From Bacteroidota bacterium (GTDB taxonomy: Bacteria; Bacteroidota; Ignavibacteria; Ignavibacteriales; Ignavibacteriaceae), in assembly GCA_021815405.1 (NCBI GenBank), contig JAKAGV010000007.1, positions 181,888 to 245,887 of the forward strand: a stretch of 64,000 nucleotides of DNA. The letters run 5' to 3'. Shown piece by piece: positions 29,704 to 38,379 of this stretch. The notes below the pieces were generated by a model. It was not told the origin of the DNA. It made no database searches and saw nothing but the letters and a program-made list of their open reading frames with translations. Both the position numbers and the translations under genes were made by a program. The number at the start of each line of letters is the position of its first letter. Positions within the stretch are counted from its first letter, which is position 1.

Positions 29704-30582
29704 ATGACGAAAACTGTACATAGATTTTATATCGCTTCCTTTTTCCTAATAACAATTACAGCAACTCTAGTCCTTTCTATTGAAGGATTCAATTATTATA
29801 AAACTCCTCTTGTTGATAGATTCTTTTCACCTCTCGATACATTACTTAAGCCAAGCGGATTAATCGGGCACGGTCTCGGCATTATAGGCAGTCTGATGAT
29901 GATTTTTGGGGTTGCAATCTATATGATACGAAAGCGAGTTAGATATTTCCATAAGTTCGGTTATCTTAAACATTGGCTGGAATTTCACATTTTCCTTTGC
30001 ACACTGGGTCCAATCTTAATTTTATTTCACACCGCATTTAAGTTTGGCGGAATTGTAGCAGTAAGTTTTTGGAGCATGGTAGCAGTAGTAATTAGTGGTG
30101 CAATAGGAAAATTTATCTATACTCAAGTACCGCATACAATTCAAGGGCAAATGATTAGCTTGCACGAATTAAATTCGCTAAGTGAAAATCTTTCGCAAGA
30201 GCTCAAAAATGATTATGGACTGTCTGACAAAATTATATCTAAAATAGAGCAAATTTCTTCCTTAGACCGCTACAAAAGATTAAAATTTGGAGCGAGTATG
30301 GCACTTGTAATACAGGATTATTTTGGTACAAAAAATGTATTGAACATGCTGAAAAAAGAATTACGCGTTGCCAATGTTCATAAAATTCAAAGGAAGAAAA
30401 TTTTAAAGACTGCTAAAGAAAAACTAGTTATTTCTAGGCGTATAGGATTATTAAATACAACGCAGAAGATACTAAAATACTGGCATGTAATTCATCTTCC
30501 TTTTGCGATCATAATGTTTATCATAATGTTCGTTCACATTGCGGTAGAAATTATATTCGGCTATACGTGGATCTTTAAGTGA
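29704..30582 (+). CDS. Polytopic membrane protein with two H-x13-H pairs (putative di-heme b-type transmembrane cytochrome)
   Basis: 292 aa with about 5 TM helices. H95-x13-H109 (EFH IFLCTLGPILILF H) and H264-x13-H278 (VIH LPFAIIMFIIMFV H) sit in two separate helices. A ~110-aa basic loop lies between TM4 and TM5. Confidence 0.5.
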   Translation: MTKTVHRFYIASFFLITITATLVLSIEGFNYYKTPLVDRFFSPLDTLLKPSGLIGHGLGIIGSLMMIFGVAIYMIRKRVRYFHKFGYLKHWLEFHIFLCTLGPILILFHTAFKFGGIVAVSFWSMVAVVISGAIGKFIYTQVPHTIQGQMISLHELNSLSENLSQELKNDYGLSDKIISKIEQISSLDRYKRLKFGASMALVIQDYFGTKNVLNMLKKELRVANVHKIQRKKILKTAKEKLVISRRIGLLNTTQKILKYWHVIHLPFAIIMFIIMFVHIAVEIIFGYTWIFK

Positions 30583-30670
30583 TTATTGGGATTTTATGGT
30601 GAGAAATAAAATGGGGAATTTTAGGGAGGGCAATTTAGATTACATATTTCATAAGTAAAGTGTGAGATAG

Positions 30671-32008
30671 ATGGAAATATTATTGGAAAATCTCGCTACC
30701 TATCTGGTAGTCTTTATTGCCGCAACTGCTGTTTTGATATTATATATTAAAAAGCTTAGAAGAAATACTCGGGAAACCAAATCAAAGATTGAAGAGTCAA
30801 TCCAATTTGGTCTTCATGAACCGGTTTCTTTGCATCCTGTAATAAATCATGATTTATGCTTTGGCTGCGGATCTTGCATTGAAGCTTGCCCCGAACAGGA
30901 TGTGCTTGGTCTTATGGAAGCACAAGCTCATATAATACACGCTTCCAGGTGCGTTGGACATGGTGCATGCTTTAGGGCATGTCCGGTTGATGCAATAACA
31001 TTATGTATAGGTACAGATCAGCGCGGTGTAGATCTTCCGCATGTTACACCTGAATATGAATCAAACATTCCCGGTTTATTTATTGCCGGCGAACTTGGAG
31101 GAATGGGATTAATTAAGAATGCAGTTGAGCAGGGGAAAATGGCTATAAATTTTCTTTCTAATAAAATTCCTTCGTCATCAAAAGCACAATATGACGTCAT
31201 CATTGTCGGAGCTGGTCCTGCCGGCATAGCTGCATCTCTTGCTGCTGAAAAAAAGAAAATGAAATATCTAACCCTGGAACAGGATAGTCTTGGTGGAACA
31301 GTTTTCAATTTTCCACGTGCAAAAATTATTATGACTGCACCAATGGATTTACCTTTACATGGAAAAGTTAAGCTTAGAGAAACTTCAAAGAGTGCGCTTA
31401 TTGAGTTATGGCGTGAGGTTTTAAGTAAGAATCGGATAGTCATTCATGAAAGTGAAAAAGTTGAATCAATAGAAAGAAAGGGGGATTATTTTTTTGAAGT
31501 CAAAACGAATAAAAGACAATATACTTCGCAAGGAATAATACTTGCAATCGGAAGAAGAGGAACACCGCGTAAACTAGGTGTCCCAGGTGAACAAAAAGAA
31601 AAAGTGGCTTATCGTTTAATTGAACCTGAATTAATATCTAATCAATCTATATTAATTGTCGGCGGAGGAGATTCTGCTGTAGAATCCGCAATGTTACTTA
31701 TGAACAATAATAAAGTTACTATTTCTTACCGGAGTGAAAATTTCTCTCGCTTGAAGCCGAAGAATCTTGAATTAATTCAGAATTCGGAAAAAAGCGGTAA
31801 GGTCAAGATTTATTTCAATTCAAACGTTAAAGAAATTTTAGATGATAAAGTTATTCTTGTCGTTTCCGGTTTAGAAAATAATGTAACTATAAAGAATGAC
31901 TTAGTATATATTTTCGCAGGCGGCTTACTGCCGACTGACTTTCTTCAGAAGATAGGCATACAAGTAATGAAGAAACACGGCGAAGCTGTTATAAAACCTG
32001 GACAATAA
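30671..32008 (+). CDS. Membrane-anchored 2x[4Fe-4S] ferredoxin-domain / FAD-NAD(P)-binding oxidoreductase (thioredoxin-reductase-like fold)
   Basis: N-terminal TM helix followed by KKLRRNTRETK. Cluster motifs CFGCGSCIEACP and CVGHGACFRACP. Rossmann motifs DVIIVGAGPAGIAAS and ILIVGGGDSAVE. Confidence 0.7.
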   Translation: MEILLENLATYLVVFIAATAVLILYIKKLRRNTRETKSKIEESIQFGLHEPVSLHPVINHDLCFGCGSCIEACPEQDVLGLMEAQAHIIHASRCVGHGACFRACPVDAITLCIGTDQRGVDLPHVTPEYESNIPGLFIAGELGGMGLIKNAVEQGKMAINFLSNKIPSSSKAQYDVIIVGAGPAGIAASLAAEKKKMKYLTLEQDSLGGTVFNFPRAKIIMTAPMDLPLHGKVKLRETSKSALIELWREVLSKNRIVIHESEKVESIERKGDYFFEVKTNKRQYTSQGIILAIGRRGTPRKLGVPGEQKEKVAYRLIEPELISNQSILIVGGGDSAVESAMLLMNNNKVTISYRSENFSRLKPKNLELIQNSEKSGKVKIYFNSNVKEILDDKVILVVSGLENNVTIKNDLVYIFAGGLLPTDFLQKIGIQVMKKHGEAVIKPGQ

Positions 32009-32111
32009 TTTGTCGTTGATTCATAAGCGGTTGAAAGGAACAGAAATTTTTAAAGCGGTTTTTTTATTGAGGCATATTAAGTGCCGGGGTAATGTCTCGG
32101 CTTATTTTGTT

Positions 32112-33725
32112 ATGAAGAAATTGACGAGCCTGTTTAGTCTTTCAATCATTATTATGATTATGGTGTCGATGAGAACAAATGCGCAAATATCACCTGGTAA
32201 TCTTACTTTGGCGCATGCAAAGTTAGAAGGCTTAAGCAATTGTACAAAATGTCATGTTCTCGGAAAGCAGGTAGAAAATTTTAAGTGCCTCGATTGCCAT
32301 ACCGAGATTAAACAGCTTATAGATGAGGGTAAGGGATACCACGCAAGCAGCGATGTTAAAAATCAAAAGTGTTATAAGTGCCATAGTGAGCATCATGGAA
32401 GAAATTTTAGAATAATCAATTTCGATCCTAATAAATTTGACCATAACAAAACCGGATTTAGATTGGACGGCAAGCATACGCAGATAAAATGCGAAGACTG
32501 CCATCAAACCAAATTTATTATTAACACTACTCTATTTGATAAAAGAAGTGGAACTTATTTAGGTTTAAGTACAAAATGCGTTTCATGTCATGAAGATGTT
32601 CATCAAAATACTCTTGGAACCAACTGCTCTTCCTGCCACAACACAGTAAAATTTAATCCTGCTGTTTTCTTCAACCATAATAATGCAAAGTTTAAACTGA
32701 CAGGCGCACACACCAAGGTTGAATGTATTAAGTGCCATGTTAAAGAAACTTTTAACGGTAAGACATTTCAGAAATTTGTAGGATTGGATTTTAAGAATTG
32801 CATGCCGTGTCATGCAGATGTTCATAAAGGGCAGTTAGGAAATAACTGCGTTAAATGCCATAATGATGAATCCTTCCTAGTAGTCAACCGTAACTCATTT
32901 GATCATGATAAGACGAGATATCCATTAAGAGGTGCCCACGTAGAAGTTTCTTGTAAAAGCTGCCACGGTAATATTCCTCTTTCTAAACCGAAGTTTGCAA
33001 AATGTACCGACTGCCATAAGGACGAACACTTCGGTGAATTTACTGTAAATCATGTTGTTGAAGACTGCAAGAACTGCCACACGGTAGAAAGTTTTAAGTC
33101 AACAATATTTACTATTCAAGAACATAATAAAGGTAATTTTGAATTAACCGACGCTCATTTAGCAGTGCCGTGTCAGTCATGTCATTATAAATCAAATGAA
33201 AAGCAATGGCACTTTAAAAATACAGGGACTAGATGCATCGACTGCCATAATAATGTTCATGGTTCGGAATTAACGGCAAAGTTTTTACCGGATAACAAAT
33301 GTCAGTCTTGTCATGTAACCGATGATTGGAATAAAATTAATTTCAATCACGATCTGACGAGCTTCAAGTTAGAAGGTAAGCATGCAGAAATATCATGCGC
33401 CGACTGCCACGAACAGAAAAGTGCCGGTGGAAAAATAATTTTCAAATTTGCGTCAACGAAATCTGATTGCGTAACATGTCATAATGATGTTCACTTCGGA
33501 CAGTTCAATTCCGAAAAAACAGACGATATCCCGGTCTGCGAAAAATGTCACGGCTTTGATAATTGGAAGCCGGTGAAGTTTGATCATGAAAAGACAGCAT
33601 TCGCGTTAAAGGGTGCTCACGAAAAAGTGAAATGTTCAGATTGTCATAAGAAAGTTACTGTAGATGGAAATGAATTTATACAATATAAGCTGAAAGATTT
33701 TAAATGCGCTGCGTGTCATTCATAA
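32112..33725 (+). CDS. Multiheme c-type cytochrome, 20 CXXCH motifs
   Basis: ATG at 32112 (MKKLTSLFSLSIIIMIMVSMRTNAQ signal/anchor). I counted 20 CXXCH motifs. The pattern F.H..(T/K).F.L.G.H....C..CH recurs throughout. Confidence 0.85.
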   Translation: MKKLTSLFSLSIIIMIMVSMRTNAQISPGNLTLAHAKLEGLSNCTKCHVLGKQVENFKCLDCHTEIKQLIDEGKGYHASSDVKNQKCYKCHSEHHGRNFRIINFDPNKFDHNKTGFRLDGKHTQIKCEDCHQTKFIINTTLFDKRSGTYLGLSTKCVSCHEDVHQNTLGTNCSSCHNTVKFNPAVFFNHNNAKFKLTGAHTKVECIKCHVKETFNGKTFQKFVGLDFKNCMPCHADVHKGQLGNNCVKCHNDESFLVVNRNSFDHDKTRYPLRGAHVEVSCKSCHGNIPLSKPKFAKCTDCHKDEHFGEFTVNHVVEDCKNCHTVESFKSTIFTIQEHNKGNFELTDAHLAVPCQSCHYKSNEKQWHFKNTGTRCIDCHNNVHGSELTAKFLPDNKCQSCHVTDDWNKINFNHDLTSFKLEGKHAEISCADCHEQKSAGGKIIFKFASTKSDCVTCHNDVHFGQFNSEKTDDIPVCEKCHGFDNWKPVKFDHEKTAFALKGAHEKVKCSDCHKKVTVDGNEFIQYKLKDFKCAACHS

Positions 33726-36664
33726 TTGTTTTATTACTGGGGGTAGTGAATGTCTTTGCACAATCACCTCATGGCAAAGATTTGAAGATGGATTGTTCGG
33801 ACTGTCATATGTCTACAAACTGGAATATTGTTCCGGCTAAGATAAAATTTAATCATAATACTATGACTTCATTTAAATTGACTGGACAGCATACAACGGT
33901 AAGCTGTCAGTCGTGTCATAAAAGTCTAATTTTTTCTGAGGCAAAATCGAATTGTATATCTTGCCACAAAGATATTCATAAAAATTCTTTAGGACCTAAT
34001 TGCGTTGAATGCCACAATACTCAGTCTTGGATTGCAGTTAATATTTTAAAATTGCATCAGGACAGCAGGTTTTCGCTGGTTGGTGTTCATCAAAATGTTG
34101 ATTGTCAAAGTTGCCACTCAGGTTTTGCTGATTTATATTTTCCGACTCAAAGTACATCGTGTTATAGCTGCCATAAAACGCAATTCGCCGCAGCCACCGC
34201 ACCAAATCATGTTCAAGCAAATTTTTCCACCGACTGCCGGCAATGCCACAGTGTAACAGATTTTTCATGGGGGACAAGCAATTTTAATCATAATTTCTTC
34301 CCGCTTGTAGGCGGGCATAATATTCAGAACTGTTTTGCCTGCCATGCAGCGGGAAGTAATTTCCAGGGATTGACAACTGCTTGCTATCCATGTCATAAAC
34401 AGGATTATGCAAATGCAAAAAATCCCGATCATGTTGCGGCTAAGTTTCCAATTGAATGTCAGGATTGCCATACTTCTACAGCTACAAGTTTTGCTCAGGC
34501 ATCAACTTTTAATCATAGTACTACCGGTTTTCCATTGACCGGTGCACACACTACTGTTTTATGCCAGTCTTGCCATAATGGAAATTATACAAGCACGCCA
34601 TCGGATTGCAACTCATGCCATAATAAAGATTATGCAGGTACAACAAATCCGAATCATGCTGCTATTGGATTGGCGACTACGTGTCAAGATTGTCATAATA
34701 CAACAACCTTTACTACAACCACTTTTAATCATTCTACAACTTCATTTGGGCTAACAGGTGCACACACAACTATTTCATGTCAATCATGCCATAAGGGAAA
34801 TGTTGCCTCAACACCGACAGATTGTTATAGCTGCCATGCAACCCAATATAATAACACAACAGATCCGAACCATGCACAGCAAGGTTTCTCGCATGATTGT
34901 TCTCAGTGTCATAGTACAACTAGTTTTGGTGATGCAAATTTCAATCATAGCAATACCGGTTTCCCATTGACTGGAGCACACACTACCGTCTCCTGCCAGT
35001 CTTGTCATAATGGAAATTATACAAGCACGCCGTCTGATTGCAACTCGTGCCATAATAAAGATTATACGGCAACTACTAATCCAAATCATTCTGCGATTGG
35101 TCTGCCGACGACATGTCAGGATTGTCATACAACAACAGACTTTACAACATCGACATTTAATCACTCGACAACACCATTCCCATTAACTGGTGCGCATACA
35201 TCTGTAACCTGTCAGTCATGTCATACAGGTAATGTAGCTTCAACACCGACAGATTGTTATAGCTGCCATGCAACCCAATATAACAACACAACAGATCCGA
35301 ACCATGCACAGCAGGGATTCTCACATGATTGTTCTCAGTGCCATAGTACAACAAGTTTCGGCGATTCAAATTTCAATCATAGTACTACCGGTTTTCCTTT
35401 GACTGGTGCACATACAACAGTTTCATGTCAGTCATGCCATAATGGAAATTATACAAGCACGCCGTCTGATTGCAACTCGTGCCATAATAAAGATTATACG
35501 GCAACTACTAATCCAAATCATTCTGCGATTGGTCTGCCGACGACATGTCAGGATTGTCATACAACAACAGACTTTACAACATCGACATTTAATCACTCGA
35601 CAACACCATTCCCATTAACTGGTGCGCATACATCTGTAACCTGTCAGTCATGTCATACAGGTAATGTAGCTTCAACACCGACAGATTGTTATAGCTGCCA
35701 TGCAACCCAATATAACAACACAACAGATCCGAACCATGCACAGCAGGGATTCTCACATGATTGTTCTCAGTGCCATAGTACAACAAGTTTCGGCGATGCA
35801 AATTTCAATCATAGCAATACCGGTTTCCCATTGACTGGAGCACATACTACCGTCTCCTGCCAGTCTTGTCATAATGGAAATTATACAAGCACGCCTTCTG
35901 ATTGCAACTCATGCCATAATAAAGATTATGTTGCAACTACAAATCCTAATCATGCTGCAATAGGATTGGCAACAACCTGTCAGGATTGCCACACAACAAC
36001 AGACTTTACAACATCGACATTTAATCACTCGACAACACCATTCCCATTAACTGGTGCGCATACGTCTGTAACCTGTCAGTCATGTCATACAGGTAATGTA
36101 GCTTCAACACCTACTGATTGCTATAGCTGTCATGCAACCCAATATAACAACACAACAGATCCAAACCATGTACAGCAAGGATTCTCGCATGACTGCTCTC
36201 AGTGTCATTCAACGACAAGTTTCGGCGATGCATCATTCAATCATAATAATACCGGATTTCCATTGACAGGTGCGCATACAACTGTCTCCTGCCAGTCATG
36301 CCATAATGGGAATTATACAAGCATACCTACTACTTGTTATTCATGCCATCAAACAGATTATAATAATACAACAAATCCTGCTCATCAAACTGCAGGGTTT
36401 CCCACGGACTGCACCCCTTGCCATACGACAACCGGTTGGACACCGTCGACTTTTAATCATACAACATATTTCCCATTGACGGGCAACCATGATATTTCTA
36501 CTTGCAATACATGCCATATAAATGCTTCAAACTTCGGAACATTTTCTTGCACTAATACATGTCACAGTCAGGCAAGTACAGATCCGCATCATACCGGGGT
36601 AAATGGATATGTTTACAGCCCAACATCATGCTACAGTTGCCATCCAACAGGGCAGGGAGATTAG
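33704..36664 (+). CDS. Giant multiheme c-type cytochrome, 39 CXXCH plus one CX3CH, built of c7-like triheme modules
   Basis: 986 aa with signal peptide MRCVSFIIVLLLGVVNVFA/QS. I counted 39 CXXCH motifs and one CTNTCH. The start overlaps the end of the upstream cytochrome gene by 22 nt. Very Thr/Ser/Asn-rich. Confidence 0.85.
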   Translation: MRCVSFIIVLLLGVVNVFAQSPHGKDLKMDCSDCHMSTNWNIVPAKIKFNHNTMTSFKLTGQHTTVSCQSCHKSLIFSEAKSNCISCHKDIHKNSLGPNCVECHNTQSWIAVNILKLHQDSRFSLVGVHQNVDCQSCHSGFADLYFPTQSTSCYSCHKTQFAAATAPNHVQANFSTDCRQCHSVTDFSWGTSNFNHNFFPLVGGHNIQNCFACHAAGSNFQGLTTACYPCHKQDYANAKNPDHVAAKFPIECQDCHTSTATSFAQASTFNHSTTGFPLTGAHTTVLCQSCHNGNYTSTPSDCNSCHNKDYAGTTNPNHAAIGLATTCQDCHNTTTFTTTTFNHSTTSFGLTGAHTTISCQSCHKGNVASTPTDCYSCHATQYNNTTDPNHAQQGFSHDCSQCHSTTSFGDANFNHSNTGFPLTGAHTTVSCQSCHNGNYTSTPSDCNSCHNKDYTATTNPNHSAIGLPTTCQDCHTTTDFTTSTFNHSTTPFPLTGAHTSVTCQSCHTGNVASTPTDCYSCHATQYNNTTDPNHAQQGFSHDCSQCHSTTSFGDSNFNHSTTGFPLTGAHTTVSCQSCHNGNYTSTPSDCNSCHNKDYTATTNPNHSAIGLPTTCQDCHTTTDFTTSTFNHSTTPFPLTGAHTSVTCQSCHTGNVASTPTDCYSCHATQYNNTTDPNHAQQGFSHDCSQCHSTTSFGDANFNHSNTGFPLTGAHTTVSCQSCHNGNYTSTPSDCNSCHNKDYVATTNPNHAAIGLATTCQDCHTTTDFTTSTFNHSTTPFPLTGAHTSVTCQSCHTGNVASTPTDCYSCHATQYNNTTDPNHVQQGFSHDCSQCHSTTSFGDASFNHNNTGFPLTGAHTTVSCQSCHNGNYTSIPTTCYSCHQTDYNNTTNPAHQTAGFPTDCTPCHTTTGWTPSTFNHTTYFPLTGNHDISTCNTCHINASNFGTFSCTNTCHSQASTDPHHTGVNGYVYSPTSCYSCHPTGQGD
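34508..36235 (+). repeat. Four in-frame tandem copies of a 432-bp (144-aa, 6-heme) unit with a 216-bp sub-period
   Basis: Units start at 34508, 34940, 35372 and 35804. Segment 35006-35365 is identical base-for-base to 35438-35797 (360 bp). A degenerate fifth unit follows to about 36470. Confidence 0.9.
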
Positions 36665-36669
36665 TATTT

Positions 36670-38346
36670 ATGAATTATGATAGGTATGAGATGAAATTGT
36701 ATCGGAGAATATTAAATAACCAATTGAAAAAGTTGTTTGAAATATTTTTGCTAATTATATTATTTTTTGGTGCTGCCTTAGCTCAAGAATCAAATACCGT
36801 TAGAAAAAGCGGAACTGTATCATTCGTTACTCCGCAAAATATTTATGTTAAGTTCGAGAATACAGAAGGAATATCCGCCGGCGATACTCTTTATTTTCAA
36901 ATAAGAAATAAAGTACTGCCTGCAATGATTGTAAAATTTATTTCTTCTATTTCAGTTGCCGGACAGAAGATAACCGATATCAATATTAAAGTTGGGGACC
37001 GGCTTTTTACAACGATAAAGAATAGCAAATCCGAAGTAGCCCAAATATCAAAAGCCGGAACTGAAAAGGACACTAATCTTGTTAATGACCATAGTAAGAT
37101 TGTAAAAGCCGATAAGTTCAATATCCCCGAATACAGATCAAATTTTTATGGAAGCATAAGTGCAAATTCGTTTTCTAATTACGCCAACTATGTTAACAGT
37201 GTAGGCATCCAGCGCTGGAATTACACTTTAAATCTTAATGCAAGAAATATAGGCGGCGGTCCGTTTTATTTTACAAATTATATGAACTTAAATTACATGA
37301 GCTCAGAATGGACGGATGTAAAAGCAAACGTATTTAATAATTTAAGAGTGTATGATTTTTCACTCGGTTATAAAGTGCATGGATTTAATGCCTGGATAGG
37401 CAGACACACAAATTATAATATTTCAAGTCTTGGTCCGGTTGACGGGATTGAATTGGAAAAATCTTTCTTGAATAACTTTGCTGTAGGTGGAGTAATTGGC
37501 TCAAGGCCGGATTTTTATAACATGGGAATTAACGGAAAGCTGTTTGAGTACGGCGGTTATTTAACAAGAAAGGATTCTGCAAACAATGGAGTTATGCAAA
37601 ATACAGTTGCCTTATTCCAGCAAACCAATTCAGGTATGACTGACAGAAGATATTTATACTTCCAGCATACAAATACTATTATTCCGAATGTATATCTATT
37701 TGCTTCCACGGAAGTTGATTTATATAAGGAACAAAACAACGTTCCGCAGAATACATTTTCTCTTACAAGCCTTTTTGTCAATACTCAGTATTCGCCTGTA
37801 AACTTTCTTTCAATTAACCTTTCATACGACGCCAGAAAGAATGTTGTTTATTATCAAACATTTAAAAGCTTCCTAGATAGTCTGTTTACAAATGAAATGA
37901 GACAAGGCGTTCAAGGCGGATTTTTTATAAGACCCGGCGGCGGGTTGTTCTTTAATATTTCAGGCGGTTACAGCTATCAGAAAGGCGACGTTAAGCCAGC
38001 GCGTAATTTAAATTTTGCTGTTACTGAAGCCGAGCTTCCTTTTATTGATATTTCTGCTACGGTAAATTATAATAAGATTTTTGGAAGCTACCAGAGCGGA
38101 ACAATGTATGGGCTGCTGCTTACCAAATTTATTAACTTTAATGTTACTACTCTTTCTTTAGGATTTTCAAATATTAATTACAATTTTGGCAATGCATTAG
38201 CCGATTTTATACAGAAGTCAGTTACCGCCGAAATTGATACAAGAATATTCGGTCCGCTCTTCTTCAATTTTTATTATGAAGGAGATTTTGACGGTGTAAC
38301 CACATATAACCGTTTTATGACGGGCTTCAATTACAGATTTAGATAA
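36670..38346 (+). CDS. Putative outer-membrane beta-barrel protein with an N-terminal soluble domain
   Basis: The ATG at 36670 (or 36691) gives the signal-like LFEIFLLIILFFGAALA/QE. The body is aromatic/Gly/Asn-rich with alternating hydrophobicity. It ends with the OMP-type C-terminus ...GFNYRF. Starts 5 nt after the cytochrome stop. Confidence 0.55.
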   Translation: MNYDRYEMKLYRRILNNQLKKLFEIFLLIILFFGAALAQESNTVRKSGTVSFVTPQNIYVKFENTEGISAGDTLYFQIRNKVLPAMIVKFISSISVAGQKITDINIKVGDRLFTTIKNSKSEVAQISKAGTEKDTNLVNDHSKIVKADKFNIPEYRSNFYGSISANSFSNYANYVNSVGIQRWNYTLNLNARNIGGGPFYFTNYMNLNYMSSEWTDVKANVFNNLRVYDFSLGYKVHGFNAWIGRHTNYNISSLGPVDGIELEKSFLNNFAVGGVIGSRPDFYNMGINGKLFEYGGYLTRKDSANNGVMQNTVALFQQTNSGMTDRRYLYFQHTNTIIPNVYLFASTEVDLYKEQNNVPQNTFSLTSLFVNTQYSPVNFLSINLSYDARKNVVYYQTFKSFLDSLFTNEMRQGVQGGFFIRPGGGLFFNISGGYSYQKGDVKPARNLNFAVTEAELPFIDISATVNYNKIFGSYQSGTMYGLLLTKFINFNVTTLSLGFSNINYNFGNALADFIQKSVTAEIDTRIFGPLFFNFYYEGDFDGVTTYNRFMTGFNYRFR

Positions 38347-38379
38347 TTAACTAAATTATAACTAAAAATTTCTTTAACT

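Noticed and set aside
32010-32111. N-terminal extension of the 20-heme cytochrome ORF (MSLIHKRLKG...)
   Set aside because: The internal ATG at 32112 gives a proper signal/anchor sequence, and the extension has no such feature.
34038-36479. Many 64-118-aa ORFs on both strands inside the giant cytochrome gene, including identical 70-aa ORFs at 35157..35369 and 35589..35801
   Set aside because: They are by-products of the stop-free 216/432-bp repeats. The identical pairs sit exactly 432 bp apart, and their Ile/His/Gln/Cys-rich translations are not protein-like. The CXXCH frame explains the whole region.
36559-36669. ORF-track start of the barrel gene, overlapping the cytochrome gene by 106 nt
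   Set aside because: The overlapping part translates to non-signal sequence. The ATG at 36670 or 36691 precedes a clear hydrophobic signal segment.
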